64,000 nucleotides of DNA, from the NCBI GenBank assembly GCA_023213395.1, contig CM041465.1:81847741-81911740 (forward strand). Direction: 5' to 3'. Below the pieces are notes generated by a model. The model had not been told where the DNA came from. It ran no database searches and worked only from the letters and a program-made list of their open reading frames with translations. A program made the position numbers and the translations under genes. This document shows positions 1 through 13,622 of the stretch, piece by piece. The number at the start of each line of letters is the position of its first letter. Position 1 is the first letter of the stretch. Source of the DNA: Cycas panzhihuaensis (taxonomy: Eukaryota; Plantae; Cycadophyta).

Positions 1-1819
1 GCTCATTTTTCAAGACTTCTAAGAGAAACTCTCAACAAAAACACAAGAGAAAGACACGTAAATCGAGAGAACTTCATATGCGGACTAGGCGGTGAAGAGG
101 GCTGCCATCAGCTGGAGTTGCAGGGCCATTGCTGCCCCCTACTGTTCTCCACTACAAGCTCCACTCTCCCTTACAAGTGCTCAAGGATCCAAGGGATTTC
201 TTCACTAAAAAGGCTACTCCAAAGATCAACTTTCAGCTCCCAACTTGCATGGAGCTTCTCCCATCTACACTCATGCAAAAAACACTCAAGACCAGCCCCT
301 AAACATTGTTTGTTACTGCTGTTCCAAGTGGCCAAGTGCATGCATGCATGTCCTTCTCATCCAAGGTATTTCTTGTTTCTTGTTGGTGTTTTTTCTTCCT
401 TGTTTTTGTTTTCTACTTGCAAGCTCATTTTCCTTACTTGCATTCACTTTCTTTACTAGTTCCCTTGTTATTCAATGAAAGTAATCTTAGCTAGTTATAG
501 CTCTCCCATAGTGCTGCTCTAGATTAGGGGTATTTTCCCGTGTTTCCTTGAGATCCATCTATTCCCTCTAAGCTATCTCTTTCACCCTTTTCTGAGTTAG
601 CCGGTGTAAAGGGTTCCACACGAGGGTTTGAGGGAGATAGGCGGGGTTCTGTCCCCCATTGTCGTCCTTCTCCCCAAGGGTTCCGTCCCTTGTCCTCTTC
701 CCCTTTACCATCCACGTTTTCTTAGGGAAAGGGGCTAGGGAAGCCTAAGAAATTTGGTTTGAGCTTTCCACTTGGTATAGGTAACCCATCACTACCCGTC
801 TCCACCTTGCTACTCGCTAGCGTTTCCTTCCCGAACACCGTGGAGAACCCCCGTGGGTGAGTTAGCCATCCCAAGGCTATACTCAGTCCCGTGTAGTATG
901 TTTGATGATGCATGACAGTGTATATGCTTCTCGCACACTTTTATTTTATTGTACTACATTCTATTGCATAACTTAAGTTATTTAGCTTAGTTGGTTTCGT
1001 TTACATACATATACACATATCTTTGCCATACTTTGTAGCCTCTCTCCTGAGAGGAAGGTGCTCTCTCCACTTGTTTGCAGGATCGCGTTGGAGGAAGTGG
1101 TACGTGAGACAAACCCGCTGCCGGTTAGCTCCCACACGGTATTTCTCTTCTTTGGTTTTGAGTTCCTTTTTCGTCCTTCCGTTTTATCTAGTTTTTGCAT
1201 GCTTAAGGGGAGGTAAGTGAACCCCCTTCACCACCGTTGATCAACGTTGCATGCGCGGAGGAAGGAGGGAAGGAGCGCAACCTAGAAGGAGAAGTTGTAC
1301 TTCCACTCGAACGCCGGATCCAAGTATTATTCGCATTTCTTTTGTATTTCCTTTTTACACTCTTTTTTGTCATTTTGCGTTTATCGTAATAGATAAGCAA
1401 AGATAAAGGAACATAAAGGAAAAGGAAAATAATCTTTTATTTTACATTTACTTTCTTGCATTGTTTCCTTGCTTTACATAGCGTAGGAATAGAAGACCCG
1501 TTTATGTTGTACCCCTCAGCTATACTTTGCTTCATACCTGTTGCACGTTAGGTTTGTTACCCCCTCGTTGCCTTCTCATTACCTTGGGAACCCGCAACGC
1601 GTGAGGTTTCCCTTTCCTTCCCGGCCATCCGAAGGGTAGGAAGGCGTCGTTTTTGCACGGCTACCTGGAAGCAACCAAGCACCTTGCAGCCCCCAAACCT
1701 GCGCTCCAGCGCACGGACGTCTTGCGAGGTGAGATCCTCGCTGCCTAGCCTAGTTAGTGTAGTGTTTTTATATCCCTTTGCTAGACGTAGGATCACCGCC
1801 CCGTAGGGAGTGCCCCACA
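1..1819 (+). mobile_element. Distal part of a long, relatively young LTR (probably Ty3/gypsy); 3' or solo LTR, runs off the window start
   Basis: CpG-retaining non-coding block with alternating GC-rich and T-rich tracts, ending ...GGGAGTGCCCCACA at 1819. From 1820 the sequence switches to decayed DNA homologous to 19050 onward. No PBS follows. Confidence 0.55.
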
Positions 1820-3840
1820 TGCCTTTAAACACTATAGCATATAAAGAATCACAAAGATTTCATCCTTAAAAAAATGTCATTATGGACATGTGTTGGTTAT
1901 TGACCTCATGAAGATGAATATTTATTCTAGAGGATAATTTCTAACAAAATAAAAAATATAATCATTGTGAAATGGCCCTAACATAGTGAAAATTTGATCA
2001 TTTGTAAAGTTCAAAGCAAAAATTAAAGGGTTTAATTACATTTTTCTCATAATTTACTATTGACTTCATGGACGATATTGTTTCTTTTGTAACCTATTTT
2101 TATAAAAAATGAAGCATTACACCATAAAACCAGTGCCCCAGCTATGTGATGATAAGTTTTAATTAGGTTTTCTCAAGTTCCTTGACATTAGTCATCGATG
2201 CTGAAACAGGCATAGAATGCAGGTCAAAATAAAGGATAAATATACTACCTTAGGCCTATGTTAATATGTTAAATTTTATGAAATTGAATTACTTTTCATA
2301 ATATTTGATGTCTACCCACTTTTTTTTTGAAAAAATTTATTTTATTTAATGCCACATGACCCTATCTTTTCACAAAGGAAAGTTTAATTTTCTAAATTCC
2401 ACCTTTTTAATAAGAAAGGCTAAGAAAATGTTTAATATCTTTTTACTAGAGAGTTAGTTTTTTAATCTATTTAAATCAACAAGGTCTTGACTTAAAGAAC
2501 TCTCAAACAAACCATCACATGACTATTTTCTATAACAAAATAATATATGAAATTTTATTCAAAATTATGGTATCCTTTGTGATATCTATATCGTATTTTT
2601 TAATGTATTAAATGCCAATTACTTATAGGTAGTCTAATGAATTTGTTTACCCTGTTTGGTAGCCTACATCATATAGGTTAAAAAATAGTAAAATATAAGT
2701 TTTTTTTGGTATGTTTGAGTCCTATTCTTAGCCCACCTTGTGTTAACTACCTTGTAATTAGTATGTTATGTTTGCAACTATTTAAAGTAATAAATTTCTT
2801 TGAATTTTAGGGTGTGACATGAGTTTCTAATAGTAAACAATACAACAATGGACTCTATGAATGTGCAATTAGTAGGAGTTAAAAGTTTTCCTTGTGGAAA
2901 TACCAAGTGATGAATTTTTAGAATATCAATAATATATGGAAATACATAAAGAAGGAGCCACAATAGTAACTAATGCTATTAAAAATAGGAAGATTGATGG
3001 TAGACTAATAAGGAGCATAGGTTTCATCAACCTTTTAATAAGTGGAAACCTAATTGCCAATGTAGCAAATTTTAAAACACCTAAACAAGCATAGGATGCA
3101 TTTAATAAGAAGAGGCTTAAGGACATCCATGGAGAGTTACTATATTTGAGCACAATGTTCAATGCGAAGGCATTAATTGGTAAAAATAAGTGAAGTGTTA
3201 AAATTATGACAAAATTAGTCATCTAAAGAAGGAATAATGAAGTTTACGATAGTAATAATAGTGATAATAGAAATAATAGTAGTAGTAGTAACGTCATTAG
3301 TAACATGAGCACTAGACTAGGAGACATAATGGCCTGTGAATTATCTTTATAAGTTGTTACTCATTAAGTGACGATGGAAAAGGAGAAAATCTCTCTATAG
3401 TAGCACAGTTGATTTATGAAGATGTCAATGGTATTTGGATCATATAACAAGAAAATTAGAATGGTTTGAACAGATGTGGAAAACCACTAGAGAATTAGTA
3501 ACCATTAGAAACAAATCCATTCTGCAAGCTATAGGAATTGGTGAAGATCCAATCAATATTTTGAAGGACAAAAATACATACATAAAGAATATCTTATATG
3601 TACAAGGTTTGAACATGAATATCATTTCAATGTCATGGATCAAAAATCAAGGAATAGATAACGTATTCCAAAATGATAAATGCACCATCCTAAACAAATA
3701 AGGATAGATTATTTCTAAAGGAAACATAATATATGACTTATATATTATCAATGATAAATCTAAGAATTTGAAAGCCTTTGATGCTTTTATAAATAATTAA
3801 AAAAAAAACTATGACATAAAAGGTTGGGCTATTTGAAACC
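1820..3840 (+). mobile_element. Degenerate Ty1/copia fragment C1 (leader, gag, protease, GAG-pre-integrase)
   Basis: 1820-2950 aligns with 19050-20210. Gag start near 2848 (MDSMNVQLVG..FSLWKYQVMNF..NIWKYI), TPKQA*DAF at ~3075-3100, protease remnant WYLD..HITRKLEWF at ~3430, L*HKRLGYL at ~3810. Many stops. Confidence 0.75.
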
Positions 3841-3844
3841 AACT

Positions 3845-5860
3845 AGGTTTACCTTAGGAGGCAATGGGACCAATTCCCATATGGCATTTCTTATTGGAGA
3901 ACCAGATTCTTCCTCGATAATAGCCCTCCAATGAGGATTATCTTTTTATTCATCATATAAAGTAGGGTCATGGTAGTTCATAGTGTTAACCATGAGTTGG
4001 CATATTGATTCCCTATTATCTATCTATCTCTAATACTTTACAACATCATACCTAAATTCTCATTAATCCTCTTGGCCTAGAAAAACATCAAACCACCTAA
4101 TGTTATTGGTTTGTCCTCATATGATGGCTCCTTATCACTACCTCTTCTACTTGGTCCTTCTTCACTCTTAATCATAATGCCTGCTTTCTTGATCTTTGTT
4201 GTTGATGAAGCACTAACAAGAAATAGAAGTAATAGGGGATAAAAAGTTACTTTAATTAATGTATTTCTAGTGTGATATATCATAGACTTATCAAACCCAG
4301 CATCCCAACTAATCACAAGTTTTCTCCCCTACAAATCTCATAATCTGTAAGATTTATTCTAGTTTGATATCCTATAAATATACACACCGAGCTCTTACAA
4401 TTCATCTATTTTCAATCTTTGTTTAGGATGTATGAATATGTAATACACCCAAAGGTCTTTAATAGTCAATGGGAAGATTACAAATGGTCTATTTTTCTTT
4501 AGGAGTCATGTCATAAACTATTTTTGTTAGTACCTTATTTAAGATATAAATGATAATCCCAACAACTTATTAGAATTTATAATTACACTCTTAAACCACA
4601 TTAGAAATATAGAGTAACATAATGGAATTATAGTATATAGATATAATGACTAAATAATCCCATGAGTTATATATGCATAATGAATAAATGTGCACATAAA
4701 GTAAATAACGTATCAAGCATACAATAAGCAATCACCATAAGAGAGACAATACATTTATATATAGAAACCCCATATATGGGAGAAACTAGAGTTGGAAGAT
4801 CCTCTTAATGATCAGAGTAAGTACATCTCTTATCTCAATCCTTTCTCAAGTTCTCAAGTGGTGTGTATATATATTTATATTATGATTCACATCATGAATA
4901 GTCTATTGTTTCTCTTGAGCTTTTATATCATCTAATAGTATATTATCTTAGATATATATACATCTCACATATCTTATTGTGTGTGAATGTTAGGATTATA
5001 TACATGTTATATCATATAATATTAAACATTACATATACAATTAAATCACATATTCCAACACAAGTTCTACCTAAAATATTAGGTAGTAAGTTTTTGACAT
5101 GTACCATAAACATTATTATTTTCATCATGGTATACTTTTGCTTCTTAGTAATAACATTTTATTAGGGGGTATATGGGATAATTAGTTCTTATTTAATACC
5201 ATAATATAAGTAAAATTAATTAAAGGAATGACTATTATACTCCTTGCCATTATTACTCCTCCAAATCTTAATGTTTTTATCATGCTCATTCTCTATATAT
5301 ACCTTTTATTCTTGAAATCAATCGAACACTTCAAACTTACTCTTTATGAAATATACCCAAGCCTTCCTCATACAATCCTCTATAAACACTAGAGTATAAT
5401 GATCTCTAGATATAGAAGGGTTTAAGAGTAGTCCTATCAAATTAGTATATATGAGCTCCTGCTTCTCCTTGGCCCTCCAAACATAATTCTAAGAAAAAAG
5501 GTAGTGGTGATGCTTATTGTATATGAACATCCATAAATTAGTTCTATATGAGTTTTCTCCTTCTCATTTAATGGAATGGTTGATAGCTCATCTTTGGTGA
5601 TAATCCATAATTGATTCACCATCAATACCAACTCCATATTAACCTTCTACTGACTGAAGTTATTTCCATTAAGGATAACATGGGGCATCATCTACTTCAT
5701 GAGAATTAGGATTATAAATAGCTCTTTTATGCCAAACTACTTGATGCTTAATCAATTAGAAAACACCATATACATTCTTCAACCTCTATTTACCAGAAAT
5801 TTACTAAAAATATAATATTTAAATTATTTCAAGTGTATATCTTCACCACCACCAAACTTA
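3845..5860 (-). mobile_element. Degenerate Ty1/copia pol fragment (pre-integrase, integrase, start of RT)
   Basis: Minus-strand VWHKR (~5730), LVFIEDCMRKAWVYF (~5345-5395), YILNKVLTK (~4530), ISWDAGFDK (ORF 4077-4316), NAIWEL (~3870). Interrupted by the solo LTR at 4568-5060. Confidence 0.75.
4568..5060. mobile_element. Solo LTR (~493 bp) inserted in a copia integrase
   Basis: Termini TATTAGAAT (decayed TGTTGGAAT) ... ATTCCAACA; near-perfect TSD CAACT/CAAGT; integrase coding sequence resumes across the insertion. Confidence 0.7.
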
Positions 5861-6550
5861 CACAGGCTTAATGCTTAGAGGTTTTACACCCACCACAAAT
5901 AGGCCATTAAAAACATACCTATAAACCCTCCAAAATAACTTTAAATGATAGAAGTGAGCAAAAAACACAAGAGTGTAGATTTCAAAATGGTAAGTCTAAA
6001 TTAAAATCCTAAGAAATCACTAAAATATTTCTACTCAAAATGGTCAAGTGACATTTATGCAATGGATTCCCTCCTTTTAATATTCCACACTTGAAATGGA
6101 ATATGTTGAATAAAATGAGAATATCCTTTTCTCAAAAAATGCCTCTTCTTAAGAACTCATACAATTTTTTTAGTCAAACAACACTTAAAATATGTGATGA
6201 AAAACTTAATAAAAATCTTATGTATATCATAAAGTTTAAAATCTTAGTTTATATTTCATTGTTAACCCCCAAATTTTAAATGTTACAACTCCTCTTTTAA
6301 ATGATGCATTTCTATAATTATATCCATGGCTGACACATAAGCCACAACCATAATCATGCCTAAAATTACTGAAGAAAGGTCATCCAATCTAAATGAAGTG
6401 ATAATATTGATTTGAGAAATACAATATCTTTAGATTCCCTTAAGAATACCTCAAATCCCCTTCAAAAATAGTCACTACACTTAAAAATTCTCTCGAAAAA
6501 ATTATCACTAAACTTTTCATTACGAACAAGATGAATGTATCCAAAGTGTT

Positions 6551-6580
6551 GGGGGGGGGGAAGGGGGGGGGGGGTGGTGG
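6551..6580 (+). repeat. Poly-G tract (G10-AA-G12-TGGTGG), potential G-quadruplex
   Basis: Read directly from the sequence. Confidence 0.85.
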
Positions 6581-6599
6581 ACGGAGGTTCTTGTTTAAT

Positions 6600-9500
6600 T
6601 CATTAAGAAAAAAAATTAAATAAGCCCTATTAACCTTAAGTAAATATTTATTTCAATTTTATTGCATAAAACCCCCATAAAATAGATATTATAAACTATT
6701 AAATTAGATTAGAAAAAGTAGGGAAAAAAACCCTAGACCTTAAGATATTAACATAAACCTAGTGACTAACACAATTAACTATTGCATTAATGCATTACCC
6801 CTTAGGCATCAAAGTCTGCTAAGGTTTAAGATGTCCACTAAAAATTTGATACAAGAAAGATGGAAATTTAGAATATGATATTTGAAAGAGAAGTGTCAAA
6901 GTTACATAAAGTGATAAAGCCAATGTAGTACTAAAAATTCCATCATCAAAACTTAGTAGAAAGCAACAACCAATAAGACAGAGAATAACCAAAATAAGGT
7001 GATTTTAGAAATAAAATCATTGTTGCTAAAGTGATAGTAGTAAAAATATAAAATAAGATAAATCCAAAATGACACCTATGAGATAATATAAAATCTAAAC
7101 TCCAAAGTTAAAAGATCTAAAGGTCTCCTAAAGAGTATATAGATGCCCTAAAGTTATGTCAGTTTGTTGATTAAACTAACTCATAATCATCTTTGGACCA
7201 ATCAAAAGTTGCTTAAAAACTAAAAGAAACTACCCAAAGGAAAGAACCAAACTCTAATGATTAGGATCCAAAGTTGAAAAGAGTATATCCTATGAACTAG
7301 AAAACTATCTGTGAAAATTGTTGACCAATGTTAACCATCAAAGTCATCATTGATGCTAAAAAGGTATGATAAGTTATTGAAGAGAAATAGATCATGTTAG
7401 TGCTAAACTGTAAGATCCTATGTAACTGAATTAATATAAGATAGATACAATTATTGCTAAGTGTGCAACAACAAAGAAAATTTTGTAATAGACTGTAAAA
7501 TAAAAAATGTTAGATAAAATATGGATAAGATCTTTTACAGAAAAGGATGAATATCACAATGAGGTAAAATAATTAACTAGTGCAGAAGGTTTGTGAGACT
7601 TGAAGAGCAGGAAGTAGGCGATCTAAATATCCCATTGGGTTATGCCCATAAGAAAATTAATGAAAAATCTAATATAATTATAAAGGCAAGTTGTATGCCT
7701 GAAAGATGGGATCAAAATACCCATTTATAACTAAAATATAAAGGGTAGGATTGACCACACCAATGTAACATTAATTCATATGAAGAGGGTGTATCAGCAG
7801 TGCATAAAGGTAAATAAAGAAAAAAAGTAGTTGGAATAACTTCCCAAGATTGTAAATTAAATAAAATATTTTAACTTCTAAAAGCTTTAATTTTGTATGA
7901 TTTTTTTATAATAAAATGCTACATAACTTAAGATAAATCATATTCACATTTTATAAAAATAAACTAGTGACAATGATAATGGTATGTATGTCTAGTAGAC
8001 AAAAAGATAACTACTAAAAGTTACAAGAAAACTCAGAAAGAAAACTAAAAATGTAATGAAAACTATTTATGTTTGGGAAATCCTATTCATAGGTTAATTA
8101 GGATCAAGTGGATAAGACCAATTTGAAATATACCATAGTTTTGGGTTGAAGGTTTTTTGAATTTTTGGGTAACCTTTTATTTTCTATTAATCTTGAATTA
8201 AATCTTCTAAGATTACTTAAGTAACTAAAAGCATATAATCATAAACAAGTAAGTCTAAATTAATCATTGTCTATAAAGGTGTGCAAAGTTACAGAGGGAT
8301 AATAACTAAGAAGATTAGGAGAGTTGCTAAAACATGATTATAAGATGGAGAAGAATGAATATAAGTATAAAAGTATATTCTACTTGTAGTCCTATTCAAA
8401 TGAATAGGAGTATAATTGGCAATAAAGGATTTATTATGATAAAGTTCTAGTAATTTAAAATAACTATAGGAATTAGACAAAGGCAAATTGAAAATAATTA
8501 AGTCAACATAATATTGATTAATATATTTGACAAATGGTGGTAAATACTTAGAAGAAAGAGAAATGTCACTTCCTAAACTAAGTTGATCAAATGATCGATC
8601 AATAGGTAAGTCATCAAAAGATTTTGAAGTATCTTAAAAAGGATGTGAATTAGAATCATATAAATGGAAGGATACTTGAATCTATAGTTTAGTTACCTTA
8701 AAGATTAAAGAAATTGATAGAGTAGGGGCTTTAGATGAAAATGAAAAATTTAATTTCTTTTCAGTTATAGTATGGATGATGAAAAGGGACCCAGGAGAAA
8801 CATTGGAAAGGGAATGTGAATAAATATTAGATAAAGAAGAGTCACGCAATTCATCATCTTGAATTAATCCTTTTAAATCCAAATATAACTAAGTAATGAA
8901 TTTAGTCAAATATGAATGTGATTCCAAAGGAATTACATTATAAAAATTGATTCAAGCATCAATAATTTCATAATCATATGGATTAATAGGTGTCTAATTA
9001 TGATCAACACTTATAGTAAAGATTTCATACTATAAATTTAAATTATCTCCCAGATACAAAGGAGACATCCTATTATAAACATATGTTGCAGATCTATCCC
9101 ATTGATCATAATAAAGATCGATGAAAAAGATGATTGTTGAAATGTTAGGGGAACTACGAGTTTGAAATTTTTAAAATTTGATAGTTTTAACTTAATTTTC
9201 ATGAAGGCACTAAATTTCATTAAAATGGAGAATGGAACAGCATGCACAACCCATATCTAACTACAACTGAGAAGGATATTATAAGAAAGTGTAATATCAA
9301 TAACTTTAACATTGACTTTGATTGTTTTTCCCTTAAATAAAATTAGAATATTAGAAATTCATTCCATTGATGTATATTTAATAGAATTGAATGCTTTGAT
9401 AATTATAGGACTTTTGTCTAATTTTGTAAGTTAGAGTACATACATGAGGGAAATAAGCATTACAGTTAATGATGAGCCATAATTAATAATATCTTTATGA

Positions 9501-11000
9501 AATATTATTTCATTTATAATAAGCCAAACCATTGAAAGCCTAGGATTAAGCAATGAAGAAATATCATATGGAAGTAGTGAATGGCCAAAAGATATCAATT
9601 TGAAAACGGGTTCAAAAAATTAAATCCCTAGTGAGTGGAGGCAATCTTCTGTCATAGAGAGACAACACTCTAACATATCATAAAGAGATATACTTCAGAA
9701 GATATATATTAAAACCTCGATAAGAGAATGTGAAGTAAAAGCACATAAACTAAGCACAAGAGAAGGGTACTTAGGAACCCTACAAGTTTGCAGGTTGGCA
9801 ACAATCAAAGGTAGTTAGAGATCTTTTGACTATTTAAAATTATCAACTTTTTCCCCTTTAGAAGTTTGTAATGGAGATAGAAATATGAATAAATTAGTAA
9901 AATCCATAGGCAAAGATTCAATGTAATGAACATTAGAGGTAAACTTCTTATTAGAAGCCTTACTAGATTCTCTAGTTTCATATATTTGAATATTAGGAAA
10001 AGTTTGAGGAATTAAAGGTATAGTAGGTTGTTGAGGAGTTGAATAAGGGATAAATAATGATGGCTTATAAATATTCAAGTCAGGTAATGAAAATTGAGAA
10101 ATAATTATCTTAGAAGGATTAGACGAAGATGCATGTTTGATTTATAATGAATTCAACTAATTTTAAATTTAAGAAGATAGTTAAGCTTTAACACTTAAAA
10201 ATGTTGAATGAGTAAAATGTATAACTTTTAAATTATTATTAGGGAAAGGGTTCTTGTACATTTTTATTTGCTAATAAGGATTTCATTAATGAAATAATTA
10301 AGCCAAAGCTAAAGCAAGATAATTCCTAATGGTATGATCATTAGGAATCAGATAATTAGAGAGCCAAAGCTGCTTAGGAAAAGTATTATTTTAATGGTTT
10401 GTTTTCACTCAATGATTATAGTGTAAGGGTTTTTAAGGACACTATTGTTACTTATTTTCAAGAGCAATAGGTGGAATGTTATTTCAGGGGAAAGGAGAAG
10501 GATTATGCTATCAACTTAGTGGATTGTTTTTAGGTTTGTTTGGACAACATTATACATCTTAAATAAGGGTGCTCTTACGCTCATTTTTTACAATAAGGTT
10601 TTAAACTAATTATGTTAGTTGGGTTATAGATGTATCTAAGTCAAGTAGTAAAATTGTAAGAGCAAGTAGGTTGGTTTAGATAACCTAATGAGTAAGTTGA
10701 TAAGGAAGAGGAAGGGGTGGAACCCTACTAACAACATCATATCCATTTGGATTATTATGATGGATGGCTTGTAAAAGAGATGAATTTTCTAGTCATTAAT
10801 CCAGACTAAATTAAAGCTTGATCATATTAACAGGCAAGTTGTCTAATTTCTATGTATAACATAAATGGATCACTCAACCAGCTACGACTTTGTGGCACAC
10901 TCTTAAAGAGCAATCATAGAGGTATTCCACTTACTCTTTGATATTTGCACAGTTATTAGAGTAACTTAATAGCTTAGGCTTTTTGGATAAGTCCTAATAC
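6600..11000 (-). mobile_element. Highly degenerate Ty3/gypsy (OTA/Tat-like) gag-protease region
   Basis: Minus-strand YNILL..IWVVHAVPFS at ~9230-9285 (cf. YNxLLGRPWIH..AVPS) and a CKYQRVSG..YDC zinc-knuckle remnant at ~10905-10950. Outer limits are guesses. Confidence 0.45.
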
Positions 11001-12228
11001 ATAAAGTGCACTAATGTGACCGCGCCTCTACTAAGCACTTGCACTAGCTAATTGAGGGATTTACACATTATAGGGCCTTATGTCTATGGAGGGTTTTGGT
11101 TTACTAATTTCTTAATAAAAGTAGTGAGATAGGATTTAGACTCTGTAAATACCCAAGTTATACTCAAGAATCCCAAGGGATTGTGATAGATCGACAAAGC
11201 ATAAATACTTCAATAGCAATGCCAGCTTTAAAAATCCTAATACAACAAAAGTTATCATCCCAGATATTGAATGAATGGTGCATATGTACAAAATCAAGAG
11301 ATGGCACTGAGGATCCATTGAATCTTGAATTTATCATGCGTGATTATATAACAAAAGTAAAAATTTTAAGTGCTTATTTTATGTATATTTCTAAAACCTT
11401 TATATTCCAACAATGCTCATTTAAGCTCCTATAACAGTAAGTATGAAATCTAAATAAAAATGCATACTAAAACCCCAATTCATTTGCATGTTAATATAGT
11501 TAAATGACTTAAACTTTCACTATTATAATTTTCCCAGATCTAAACCACTCAAATTTAAAATTAAAGAAACATCAAAATGTAATGAATTTTCTTCCTTCTT
11601 AATTCATTTTAACCAATAAAAATTGGAATGCATATGTAGCTAATAATTCCCTTAACTATATATACATTATTATTTTTTGGTTAGTTCCTTTTAGAAGACT
11701 TTAATATGTTCTATCTTGCATTGTTTAGACAAACACCTTATTTTACATATATGCTTTAAGGAACCTCCTTGATATATACCTTTTTTTCTTTAAGTATTAT
11801 TAATTTAAATTTTAATTACATTTCAAGAAAAAGAAAAGAAAAGAATCATAAGTAGTCTTTGATATTATAATCTTTTGTGTGGCATCAAAAGCATGTGATG
11901 GGGATATTCAAGTAGGTGACTCATTGTTTAAACTCATAATAGACCTCATACTAGATCCAAATGTGATGTTCGACATCTTTGAATAAGTCTACTTAAGCAT
12001 AGGTCCTAACATGAAGTTTAGGTGAAGGAAAGTGTGGCAGTGAAAGAGTAGATATTGGAGACTTCATGTTTCAGCGTCTTCATAACTCAACAATAAACAA
12101 TCTTTCTATGCCATCTATAGAGCAAAAAGCCACAATTCTTGTTACTGGACTAAGTGATATGATGGGGCAAAATACGGCCTTTAATTTAAGGATTTCAAGG
12201 CTTCAACCAAATAAACATTTAATGCAAC

Positions 12229-12492
12229 TTTGATACCAAGTGAAGGGAAATGTGGTAGTTTGAGTCTGGTTCCACCTAGGTTCGAGTCACTCAAAAGTAT
12301 ACACAGAAAGAGACGGTTAATGTAAAGAGGATAAATTAATTAATCCTCTAAAATAAACATCAAAACATTTTTTTTAGAAACTGATATGATATCATATTAG
12401 CATCACCTCGTATATACATGTATTTATAGATATGTGAGGGGTATGAGGGAATGTAAAAGGTTAATCATGCAAGGTAACATTTGACACCTTCA
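12229..12492 (-). mobile_element. Short 5' LTR (12241-12492) with tRNA-iMet PBS
   Basis: Inverted termini TGAAGG...CCTTCA; TTTGATACCA at 12229-12238 (reverse of TGGTATCAAA), 2 nt from the LTR. Confidence 0.65.
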
Positions 12493-13341
12493 ACTCATGT
12501 GTGCGTTACAATGAGGTGTGAATAAATATGGCACTATTACTCTTATAATGTAATGACTTACTAACATCATTTTAATATTACAAATGTATACTAAATTTAC
12601 AAAAAACTAAGTTGAATTAATGAAACCAACATTAATCCTTCTATCATTAGAGACTAACTTATTAGAAAATTTTACTTAACAAACATACCAAAATGTTTAA
12701 TAATAACATATAAAAAAATTTGGCATTACAATGAATGATTGAGACATTCAATCCATACTAATTTCTACCATTAAATTATTTTCAAGGTAATCTTTTTATC
12801 TTATTGCTAATTTTTAAAATATTTATTGTAACTTCAAATATTATATGTATGCTCCTTATTATACTTTTGCCTTGACTGTGAAAAAGGGCAAATACATAAT
12901 AATAAAACAAAGTCATGGTGTAATTATAGACCCGTTTTAAAGAATCATATTATAAAAATTAATGCCCTTTTCTCCCATCAAAGTTAAAAGAACCTAAAGA
13001 TTCCTAATTTTTGCAAAAGTGAAATTTTGATGTGTTATAATTAGTTATATAAGAAGAAAAAGGACTTAATCAAAATAGCTCGGTTCGGGTCCTAGCTCAT
13101 GGTAAGATATTTAAGAATAAATATATGTAAATAATTATTATTAATCTCGGTTGACGATGATATTATTATTCGTTAAAGAGAGGAAGCACACACGGTTTGA
13201 TATATAGCAAGAGGAGAGAGAGCAGAAAAGTAAAAGCACGACCCTCCCATCTCTCACCTAAACTCATCGGGAAGCTCCAGCTGTCAGGGACGCCTCTGCT
13301 GGTGGAGTGCATATCCTCAAAACGTTACACTTCATCGCATT

Positions 13342-13513
13342 CCGCGTATTTGATGTCTTATAGAAATCATCCATTTGACTACAACAATGGTGACCGTTTG
13401 ATTGTATAATAAAAAATATCAAAATGCCGGGTCTTGGTTTTAGCGTGAGGAAGGATTCCATGGGGGCAGGATTATCTACTCGGAGACCGTGTCAGCGTCT
13501 ACTCTGGGTGACC
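13342..13513 (+). promoter_or_regulatory. Candidate stress-response cis-elements upstream of the GLP gene
   Basis: CCGCGT (CAMTA-type CGCG box) 13342-13347, W-box TTGACT 13375-13380, TGACC cores at 13391 and 13509. Short motifs that could occur by chance. Confidence 0.3.
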
Positions 13514-13530
13514 ATGTCTTACCATAATTC

Positions 13531-13537
13531 TATAAAT
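13531..13537 (+). promoter_or_regulatory. TATA box of the GLP gene
   Basis: TATAAAT in CTATAAAT context, 92 bp upstream of the ATG at 13623. Confidence 0.7.
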
Positions 13538-13622
13538 TGCAATAGTCTCACCATAACTCCCAATTCGGCTTCAGCTGCACCAGTCTACTCGCAATTCAGG
13601 ACTACTCTGCACTCCTATCACC

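Noticed and set aside
118-1832. Many short ORFs in the first LTR
   Set aside because: Low-complexity products without domain motifs; expected in GC-richer LTR DNA.
3800-3900. Simple inversion within one copia element
   Set aside because: Both the plus and minus fragments contain a pre-integrase WHKR motif, so they come from two separate copies.
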